A stretch of 64,000 bases of DNA, taken from contig OZ024741.1 of assembly GCA_964016885.1 (NCBI GenBank), positions 232,190,001 through 232,254,000 of the forward strand. The letters run 5' to 3'. The notes under the pieces are model-generated. The model ran no database searches, was not told the origin of the DNA, and saw nothing but the letters and a program-made list of their open reading frames with translations. The DNA comes from Eledone cirrhosa (taxonomy: Eukaryota). Below, piece after piece: positions 52,254 through 64,000 of this stretch. Each line of letters begins with the position of its first letter. Position 1 is the stretch's first letter. The translations under genes were made by a program, and so were the position numbers.

Positions 52254-52716
52254 CATATGTACGTGTGGGTTATATCGACCGGTACGGTACAACTTCAGAT
52301 CGGGCTGTTTGTTTACAAACAAATCAAACATTATTATTAATGTCTGAATAAACCACAGGTAGATATGTATATGTATGTATATGTGTGTGTGTGTGTGTGG
52401 TCTGTCTGTGTGTGTGAGTGTATGCGTGCGTGAACATACTAACATTTAAGCATCAACTGTGGTAAGGTGACAAATAAAATTATAATTTTATTTTTAATAT
52501 TCAGCAAGGCCAGCCGGCTCTTACTCGTAATGCAAATGGCGGCTGCCCTGCCGATGTGTACTTAAGAAAATACTATATATTTTCAAACATTCAACACACT
52601 GGCAGAGGTATATCCCACGATTTTAAAATAATATTAATCGGTAACCATATAGCCACTCATTTTTAATTCTACAGAATTCTGTGTGTTTAATAGACTTTGA
52701 TATATTTATATATATC

Positions 52717-53931
<1,215 letters not shown>

Positions 53932-54321
53932 AAGTTTTACAGTAGATTATCTTTCCCTCTTTATAAATCCTTTTCCAGTGGCTATCACTGGCTGTTATAA
54001 TTCATGAGACGTTTTCCTAGATATATCGTAGTATCATACATTTTAAAACACTTTATAACAGTTACAGTAAGCAACGTTTTTTTCTTACTCACACTTTCTC
54101 TAAAGTATTTATTACGTTTTCGCATTTTCTGATAATTAGGCTATATAAGTAAAAGTTTCTCTCGGGTTAATAACTACCTTGATTAAATCTTAACCATTTA
54201 ACATCTCAGGGTATGTCATGTATCATTATATTTTGTCTGATGTGGGCGTACTGTTGTACATCCGAAATATGTATAATAAAATGTAATTGATCAAAACAAC
54301 ATCTATTTTATTAATATTATA

Positions 54322-54408
<87 letters not shown>

Positions 54409-54587
54409 TGTATATATATATATTGTTACATACGGGGAGGGTGATATTCTTGTAATATTCCCAGTAATATTAATAAAATAATAAAACACTCACTACTTGG
54501 TTTGAATTGGTTTTCGCTTCTGTATATTTTGTAACTCCACAGTTAATTGAGGCGGCAATTGATTTACCAACGATATATATTTATATA

Positions 54588-54645
<58 letters not shown>

Positions 54646-54934
54646 ATCAAAATTCTTCCATCACACACATGTGACATCATCAGTGGTACTATTATGTTTC
54701 CTCCCGTTGTATTGTAAGGTGTATTCTATTTTTTATTTAATTATTTATTCTTGTCAATATTTGCGCATGCCTTTGTGTGTGTGTGTTTTCTGTTTGGTGT
54801 GTGTTCGTGTCTGAGTCTGTGTTTGTTTGTATTCTAGCTTTGCTCCCTAGTGTGTCTTTATGTGTGGTTGTTGTACCTGTGTATATTCATTTATATTTAT
54901 CTTAGGTCACTATTGTGTGTTTAATTATTATTTC

Positions 54935-55125
54935 TTGGCAATATCGGTAGAGTAGAGCGTCGGACGCCATGCTTTGACACATAGAGTTACGGCCCTTGCC
55001 CTTCTGAGTTCAAATCCCGCCGAGGTTAACTTTGCCTTTCATCCTTACGGGGTCGATAAAATAAAGTACCAGTAATGCAGCGGGTAAGTGCTGGCCTTGT
55101 GCGAAAATTAGAAACAATTATTATT
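54935..55125 (+). mobile_element. OK-like SINE
   Basis: B box GAGTTCAAATCCC and conserved body; flanked by ATTATTATTTCT direct repeats. Confidence 0.85.
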
Positions 55126-55327
55126 TCTGGCAATATTATAAGCCCTCCTCAAATGTAAGAATAATTGTTTAGGAACACAATTTCATATCAAAAATATTGC
55201 AAAGCAAATATATATATATATTATTTATTTATTTATTTATTTATATTTATATGGAAAGGTTCATCTCGACAGCTAGATCCGAACGTAACGATCTAGCCTT
55301 CAAAACAGCTGAACTTTAGCCGGTATA

Positions 55328-55388
<61 letters not shown>

Positions 55389-55499
55389 AAAGTAAGTCCA
55401 GAGAAATGGAAATCCGTTTGGATTATCTATTTATTTGGGGGTTTGAAACCGCGCGGTAAAGGCATATATAGTAAGTACAGTGAACTTTTTTAAATTATC

Positions 55500-55972
55500 T
55501 ATCCGTTACAAGATGAGGTTATAACCTTACCATTGTCGATACGACATGGTCATGTAACCAACGCTTATTTTGAGACGTTATTTTCCGCACCTGTTTGTCT
55601 GGGTCGTTTGAGGCTGGGTCTGGTATGCATGGTTAGTTTCCTAGGTGTTATTTTGCAGCGCCTGCCCGCCGGAGTGTTAAAACTTGTTGCAGGGGGATCC
55701 GGTGCACGGTTTCACTTCTTATCCTTAACCCACCTGAAGAAGGATATTTTTAGGCGATGTGTTGAACTTATCGCTGTTTCAGCTATGCTGTTGATGAGCT
55801 CGTGGGGTGCAGTTATGATGTGATAGAGCTCCATGAGGCAAAGATCGCACTTCCTCTTGAAGTTGTACGGTGCAGCCTGCCGACAATATCCCAGTGCGTG
55901 GAGAAGCTGATGTGTACATGACCCTATGCGTATCGACAATGGTAAGGTTGTAACATCATCTTGTAACGGATA
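55500..55972 (-). mobile_element. Penelope GIY-YIG C-terminal fragment flanked by about 44-bp inverted repeats
   Basis: AAPYNFKRKCDLCLMELYHI resembles ARSYNGNKRPCDLCAAEALEI at 56677+; 55500-55543 is inverted at 55929-55972. Confidence 0.7.
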
Positions 55973-56219
55973 AAATTTGTCCGGGAAAGACTGCCCTAAC
56001 ACCGGTCAGAGTTACCTCCCTTGACCTGCTGCAAAATCAAAGCACGCTATTTTTGCAAGCAATGAACATTGACGTGAATTTAACCCCAAAAACTCTTTCC
56101 GAGCAATCTAAGGAACACTTTTTGTTATTTATGCCCTTGAGAAGCCCAACTGGGCGAAAAGTACGTAGGTGCTGTTTTAAATAAACATGTTTTAACGGTC
56201 TATTCTCCGATTTCTTACT

Positions 56220-58320
56220 TTTCCACGTACCGTGACGATGGTCTTTTGACCATGACTAAGTACGGACCTCGTGCTTGTGACAGGTTCAGAAAAGAACTCA
56301 CAGGCTTCTTTAAAGGTTTCAACCTCTCTATACAGGTTGAGGCCAATCTCTCGGTCGTTAATTACCTCGACGTTACCCTCAATTTATTGAATGGGTTGTA
56401 TTACCCGTATAGAAAGCCGAATGATACGCTTAATTACATAAGTAAGCATTCCAACCATCCTGCCAGCATAACCAAGAACCTGGTAAGAAACGTTTCGTTG
56501 AGGCTTTCCCGTCTTTCCACCAACGAGCGCATTTTCAACGACCATTCCACTTATTACAATGAAGCTCTTGCTCTGCTCGAAATGGATTTGTCGATAAGGT
56601 AGCATATACAGAGTACGAAAATAGACCTAGAAGAAAGAGATCCCGTCGCATTTGTTGGTTTAACCCACCATATAATATGGAGGTGGCCACACCATTAGCT
56701 AAGATCTTTCTTTCCCTTATTACGAAGCATTTTCCCCCTTCACATAAATATAGTAAAATTTTTAATAGAAATACTATTAAAATTTCTTACTCTACGACTC
56801 CTAACCTTGCACATAACATCACAGCTTCAAATTTAGCTAATCTACCTAGCTGTAGGAACACGTGCAACCCTGTAGTTAGTACTAACTATAATTGTAGGAA
56901 TCGGGCTGATTGCCCCCTATCCGGGAAATGCCTCTCTAGTAACATTGTCTACAAATGTAAGGTTGTAACACCCACGTCCCATAGGGCCTACATAGGGTTA
57001 ACCGCCAATAGTTTCAAGCAGCGTCTTTACATGCATACCTATTCTTTTCGCTACCCTCTCAGAAGGAATATGACGTCACTTTCAGCTTATATCTGGAGTC
57101 TAAAAGATAACCACACCCAATATAAGTTACACTGGGAGATCCTAGCTAGGGCTAGATCGTATAACGGAAATAAAAGACCATGTGACCTCTGCGCCGCTGA
57201 GGCCCTGGAAATACTCTACGCCACAGACCACATCTTAAACAAAAAATCTGAGGCAATTTCGGCTTGTAAACATAAATTGCACACCAGTTTCCTGTATTAC
57301 AGCCCCACGTTATACCCTAACGGATAGCACGACCTATACGTGGATATTTTACGTCTTGATGTGGGAGCTAAGTATATGTTTTGTTTATTCCTTTACTTAT
57401 TTGCATAGGTAAGTATATATTACCCGTATGTTTTGTGAAGGTATGTATACTTTCTCGTACGCATATTTGACTGTTATGGCGTATAATTTTTACATAGTCT
57501 GGTATTTAGGGTTTGGCTATGTGTATACGGGAGTTTTGCGTCTGCGTGAGTATGCAGGTTCGTACGTATGGTGGGTGTGTGTATATGTGTACTTCTTGTT
57601 TTAGTTGTCTTACGTCTCCGAACATTCGTGTATTTATATGTAGGTATGCGTGTGCGCTTGTTATATACGTATTTATTTACTTATATACGTTGGTATAATT
57701 ATTTATTTATTTATTTGTACACAAGCATACACACACACACACATATTTATATGTGCGTGGTTTTGTATACCTATGGTAAGGTTTTGCGTATGCTTGTGTA
57801 TGTACGTATCTGTTTGAATGTATGTATTTATTTGTTTCTATTACTTCTGTATTGTATTTATTTACTTTGTTCTTAACTCTATAGCGGAGATTAATTTTAG
57901 TCTACGACTTCTGCTATACCATTTACGTGGTTTTGTCTTTGCGTGCTATTGTTCTCCACGCTCCACATATGACTTATTATCTTCGTTTTTTCGTTCATTG
58001 CCAGAGAACGTCTCTATGCACCACCTAAAAGAACATTAGTCTACGACCTCTTTTATACCATAAACGTGGTTCTGTCTTTGAGCGTAATTGTTTTTCACCG
58101 CTCCTATTAATGACGTAGTATTCGTTTTTTCCCGTTCTTTGCCAGCGAACGTTACCACGAACCAAAGTATCGTCTTCCTGTCTTCCTCCGGTTGCAACGT
58201 TTTTTGAAATATCCAGTTCTGCGTTTACAGATTGACTTTGTTAGTTTCAGAAGATCCCGTTAAGGGTGAAAGCAGCGATTCTTTGCTTAAACTTTAATCT
58301 GTTATTTTAATAAATATTTG
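56220..58320 (+). mobile_element. Penelope-like retroelement, 5'-truncated (RT C-terminus, GIY-YIG, 3' region)
   Basis: YRDDGL, VNYLDVTLNL, YRKPND..YI..HSNHP, WFNPPY, CNCR-like CPLSGKCL, AYIGLTANSFKQR; two about 140-bp tandem copies at 57897-58152. Confidence 0.9.
58243..58293 (+). ncRNA. Degenerate type I hammerhead-ribozyme-like motif in the Penelope 3' region
   Basis: AGTTT-CAGAAGA-tCCC..GGGt-GAAA-GCA..TGC-TT-AAACT; stems I, II and III can pair, but the core reads CAGAAGA rather than CTGANGA. Confidence 0.5.
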
Positions 58321-58402
58321 CTCTACGGTTCTTATATATTTGATATATATTTTCCTTATCGAGCCCTCTTTGGATTTTAGTCTTCAATTTTATTATTATT
58401 AC

Positions 58403-58433
<31 letters not shown>

Positions 58434-58472
58434 GCATACATACAGATATACATGTACATTGACGCATATATA

Positions 58473-59356
58473 CGAGGTGCGTCAGAAATGTTCCAGGACT
58501 GATGTCACAAAAGATTTATTTCAAATCTAAACTTCACACAAGAGATTTCACCTTCAAATAAACACCCTGGAGTCTAATGCACTTTTCCATCCTTTTCTGC
58601 CACGCTTGCATGCACTCCTGAAAGGATTCTTCCAGGATCCTCCGCAGTTCCGTCGTCACGGCCTTTTTGAAGTCGTCCACGTCTTCAAAACGGATCCCCT
58701 CCGAATCGTACTCGAAGATCCATGACTCATCACCGGTGATGACTGTCCCTAGCAAGTCTGGTTAGGTTTCAAAACGCTCGAGGATGACCTGGCACACTTG
58801 AATGCGTCGACCCTTCTGGTCATCGTTCAGCAGTTTTGGCACCATCTTCGCGCAGATTTTCCGCATGTCCAAATCTTCAGTGAGAATATTCCAGATGCTG
58901 TCCCGATTCTTGCAATGCTCATTTGCCATCAATTGAACAGTCAGCCGACGATCGCTACGCACCATCTGCCTGACGCGCTCAACGTTGACCTCAGTCCTGG
59001 TTGCAGATAGCCTTTCGCTCCTGGAGTCATCTTGCACCACTCAAAAACACGTGAGCGTGACATCGTTTCATCTCCATACACTTACTGCAGCAATCCCAAT
59101 GCTTCTGACGGAGGTTTCCCCAACCGTACCAGAAACTTCAAGTTTGTTCGTTTCTCTGTGCTCATTGCTTGACGGCCTGCAATAGAGGACATGTATTTAA
59201 AATTATGAAGAAAAAAGTGTGATCGTTGCAGAGAGCAAGGAGTACAGTTACATACTCCAGGGGGGTTACTTTGAAGGAGAAAACTCTTAGTGTGAAGTTT
59301 GGGTTTGAAAGAAATCTCTTGTGACATCAGTCCTGGAACTTTCCTTACACACCTCG
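58473..59356 (-). mobile_element. Internally deleted mariner (Tc1/mariner) element
   Basis: TA TSD; TIRs CGAGGTGCGTCAGAAATGTTCCAGGACTGATGTCACA.. and inverse; VITGDESWIFEYD, KMVPKLL, QAWQKRMEKCIRLQGVY. Confidence 0.93.
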
Positions 59357-59505
59357 TATATGTATACAAACATATGTAAGCGCTAGGTATAAAAATAAAA
59401 TAAAAGTAAACATGTACATACATACACATATACATACATATACACACGCACATACATATTAATACATAGATATATATATACATACATATACATATATATA
59501 ATTAG

Positions 59506-59583
<78 letters not shown>

Positions 59584-59722
59584 ATATTAAATAAATGGTA
59601 GCTATATTTATAAAACCATATTTATTTTGTTATATATATTTCAAGGGTACCACAATATTTTGGTACGCTTTCTACAGATGAAATACAAAGTTTGTTTCAT
59701 AAATAGAGACATAACCAGGAAA

Positions 59723-62700
59723 ATCATACCTTATCTGTTGGATATTCTCTGTATAGTATCATACCTTATCAATTAGATATTCTCTGTATAGTATCATACC
59801 TTATCAGTTAGATATTCTCTGTATAGTATCATACCTTATCAGTTAGATATTCTCTGGATAGTATCATACCTTATCAGTTGGATATTCTCTGGATAGTATC
59901 ATACCTTATCAGTTGGATATTCTCTGGATAGTATCATACCTTATCAGTTGGATATTCTCTGGATAGTATCATACCTTATCAGTTGGATATTCTCTGGATA
60001 GTATCATACCTTATCAGTTGGATATTCTCTGAATAGTATCATACCTTATCAGTTCGATATTCCCTGGATAGTATCATACCTTATCAGTTAGATATTCTCT
60101 GTATAGTATCATACCTCATCAGTTAGATATTCTCTGGATAGTATCATACCTTATCAATTAGATATTCTCTGTATACTATCATACCTTATCAGTTGGATAT
60201 TCTCTGGATAGTATCATACCTTATCAGTTGGATATTCTCTGTATAGTATCATGCCTTATAAGTTGGATATTCTCTGGATAGTATCATACCTTATCAGTTG
60301 GATATTCTCTGGATAGTATCATGCCTTATAAGTTGGATATTCTCTGGATAGTATCATACCTTATCAGTTGGATATTCTCTGAATAGTATCATACCTTATC
60401 AGTTAGATATTCTCTGGATAGTATCATACCTTATCAGTTAGATATTCTCTGTATAGTATCATACCTTATCAGTTGCATATTCTCTGGATAGTATCATACC
60501 TTATCAGTTGGATATTCTCTGGATAGTATCATACCTTATCAGTTGGATATTCTCTGTATAGTATCATACCTTATCAGTTAGATATTCTCTGTATAGTATC
60601 ATACCTTATCAGTTAGATATTCTCTGGATAGTATCATACCTTATCAGTTGGATATCCTCTGGATAGTATCATACCTTATCAGTTGGACATGTTCTGGATA
60701 GTATCATACCTTATCAGTTGGATATTCTCTGTATAGTATCATACCTTATCAGTTGGACATTTTCTGGATAGTATCATACCTTATCAGTTGGATATTCTCT
60801 GGATAGTATCATACCTTATCTGTTGGATATTCTCTGGATAGTATCATACCTTATCAGTTGGATATTCTCTGTATAGTATCATACCTTATCAGTTGGATAT
60901 TCTCTGGATAGTATCATACCTTATCAGTTGGATATTCTCTGTATAGTATCATACCTTATCAGTTAGATATTCTCTGTATAGTATCATACCTTATCAGTTA
61001 GATATCTTCTGGATAGTATCATACCTTATCAGTTGGATATTCTATGTATAGTATCATACCTTATCAGTTGGATATTCTCTGGATAGTATCATACCTTATC
61101 AGTTAGATATTTTCTGGATAGTATCATACTTTATCAGTTGGATATTCTCTGGATAGTATCATACCTTATCAGTTGGATATTATCTGGATAGTATCATACC
61201 TTATCAGTTGGATATTCTCTGTATAGTATCATACCTTATATGTTGGATATTCTCTGGATAGTATCATACCTTATCAGTTGGATATTCTCTGGATAGTATC
61301 ATACCTTATCAGTTGGATATTCTCTGGATAGTATCATACCTTATCAGTTAGATATTTTCAGGATAGTATCATACCTTATCAGTTGGATATTCTCTGGATA
61401 GTATCATACCTTATCAGTTCGATATTCTCTGGATAGTATCATACCTTATAAGTTGGATATTCCATGGATAGTATCATACCTTATCAGTTAGATATTCCAT
61501 GGATAGTATCATACCTTATCAGTTAGATATTCTCTGGATAGTATCATACCTTATCAGTTAGATATTCTCTGGATAGTATCATACCTTATCAGTTGGATAT
61601 TCTCTGGATAGTATCATACCTTATCAGTTGGATATTCTCTGGATAGTATCATACCTTATCAGTTGGATATTCTCTGGATAGTATCATACCTTATCAGTTA
61701 GATATTCCATGGATAGTATCATACCTTATCAGTTAGATATTCTCTGGATAGTATCATACCTTATCAGTTAGATATTCTCTGGATAGTATCATACCTTATC
61801 AGTTGGATATTCTCTGTATAGTATCATACCTTATCAGTTGGATATTTTCTGGATAGTATCATACCTTATCAGTTGGATATTCTCTGGATAGTATCATACC
61901 TTATCAGTTGGATATTCTCTGTATAGTATCATACCTTATCAGTTGGATATTCTCTGGATAGTATCATACCTTATCAGTTGGATATTCTCTGGATAGTATC
62001 ATACCTTATCAGTTGGATATTCTCTGTATAGTATCATACCTTATCAGTTAGATATTCTCTGTATAGTATCATACCTTATCAGTTAGATATTTTCTGGATA
62101 GTATCATACCTTATCAGTTGGATATTCTCTGAATAGTATCATACCTTATCAGTTAGATATTCTCTGGATAGTATCATACCTTATCAGTTAGATATTCTCT
62201 GTATAGTATCATACCTTATCAGTTAGATATTCTCTGGATAGTATCATACCTTATCAGTTAGATATTCTCTGTATACTATCATACCTTATCAGTTGGATAT
62301 TCTCTGGATAGTATCATACCTTATCAGTTGGATATTCTCTGTATAGTATCATGCCTTATAAGTTGGATATTCTCTGGATAGTATCATACCTTATCAGTTG
62401 GATATTCTCTGGATAGTATCATGCCTTATAAGTTGGATATTCTCTGGATAGTATCATACCTTATCAGTTGGATATTCTCTGAATAGTATCATACCTTATC
62501 AGTTAGATATTCTCTGGATAGTATCATACCTTATCAGTTAGATATTCTCTGTATAGTATCATACCTTATCAGTTGGATATTCTCTGTATAGTATCATACC
62601 TTATCAGTTGCATATTCTCTGGATAGTATCATACCTTATCAGTTGGATATTCTCTGGATAGTATCATACCTTATCAGTTCGATATTCTCTGGATAGTATC

Positions 62701-64000
62701 ATACCTTATAAGTTGGATATTCCATGGATAGTATCATACCTTATCAGTTAGATATTCCATGGATAGTATCATACCTTATCAGTTAGATATTCTCTGGATA
62801 GTATCATACCTTATCAGTTAGATATTCTCTGGATAGTATCATACCTTATCAGTTGGATATTCTCTGGATAGTATCATACCTTATCAGTTGGATATTCTCT
62901 GGATAGTATCATACCTTATCAGTTGGATATTCTCTGTATAGTATCATACCTTATCAGTTGGATATTTTCTGGATAGTATCATACCTTATCAGTTGGATAT
63001 TCTCTGGATAGTATCATACCTTATCAGTTGGATATTCTCTGTATAGTATCATACCTTATCAGTTGGATATTCTCTGGATAGTATCATACCTTATCAGTTA
63101 GATATTCCATGGATAGTATCATACCTTATCAGTTAGATATTCTCTGGATAGTATCATACCTTATCAGTTAGATATTCTCTGGATAGTATCATAACTTATC
63201 AGTTGGATATTCTCTGTATAGTATCATACCTTATCAGTTGGATATTTTCTGGATAGTATCATACCTTATCAGTTGGATATTCTCTGGATAGTATCATACC
63301 TTATCAGTTGGATATTCTCTGTATAGTATCATACCTTATCAGTTGGATATTCTCTGGATAGTATCATACCTTATCAGTTGGATATTCTCTGGATAGTATC
63401 ATACCTTATCAGTTGGATATTCTCTGTATAGTATCATACCTTATCAGTTAGATATTCTCTGTATAGTATCATACCTTATCAGTTAGATATTTTCTGGATA
63501 GTATCATACCTTATCAGTTGGATATTCTCTGAATAGTATCATACCTTATCAGTTAGATATTCTCTGGATAGTATCATACCTTATCAGTTAGATATTCTCT
63601 GTATAGTATCATACCTTATCAGTTAGATATTCTCTGGATAGTATCATACCTTATCAGTTAGATATTCTCTGTATACTATCATACCTTATCAGTTGGATAT
63701 TCTCTGGATAGTATCATACCTTATCAGTTGGATATTTTCTGTATAGTATCATGCCTTATAAGTTGGATATTCTCTGGATAGTATCATACCTTATCAGTTG
63801 GATATTCTCTGGATAGTATCATGCCTTATAAGTTGGATATTCTCTGGATAGTATCATATCTTATCAGTTGGATATTCTCTGAATAGTATCATACCTTATC
63901 AGTTAGATATACTCTGGATAGTATCATACCTTATCAGTTAGATATTCTCTGTATAGTATCATACCTTATCAGTTGGATATTCTCTGTATAGTATCATACC
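59723..64000. repeat. 35-bp tandem satellite/minisatellite, about 120 copies, running off the window end
   Basis: Unit ATCATACCTTATCAGTT(G/A)GATATTCTCTG(G/T)ATAGT repeated head to tail without spacers. Confidence 0.98.

Noticed and set aside
55262-55310. Hairpin GCTAGATC..GATCTAGC as a ribozyme or terminator
   Set aside because: No canonical hammerhead core on either strand, and intrinsic terminators are not relevant in this context.
59723-64000. CRISPR-like array of about 35-bp repeats
   Set aside because: Units are contiguous with no unique spacers, there are no cas genes, and the context is eukaryotic.

Overview
Eukaryotic, AT-rich, repeat-dense genomic DNA, most likely from an octopus or other coleoid cephalopod (inferred from the SINE families and the (TA)n/Penelope/RTE landscape). 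The window holds the 3' part of one spliced host gene on the + strand, which the ORF track mostly misses. Its exons are: the C-terminal half of an F-type-lectin/F5-8C-like domain (3943-4140); eight intact 144-nt, phase 1-1, 8-Cys EGF/MEGF-like exons (5697-19510), each inside a tandemly duplicated exon+intron unit carrying an antisense RTE-LINE relic; two dead exon copies; a transmembrane exon (30355-30445); and a last exon (31470-31671) encoding WKKRR plus a highly acidic tail. In the three EGF-exon pairs I compared by hand, every differing codon changes the amino acid while Cys codons stay fixed. This points to a rapidly diversifying, modular cell-surface receptor and is the main discovery candidate. 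The rest is decayed transposons (Chapaev3, hAT, Helitrons, mariner, RTE, Tx1/L1, Vingi/Ingi-like, Penelope, SINEs), several fold-back structures, Penelope-linked hammerhead-like motifs, and a >4.2 kb 35-bp satellite running off the right end. TE boundaries are approximate unless TIRs or TSDs are quoted.
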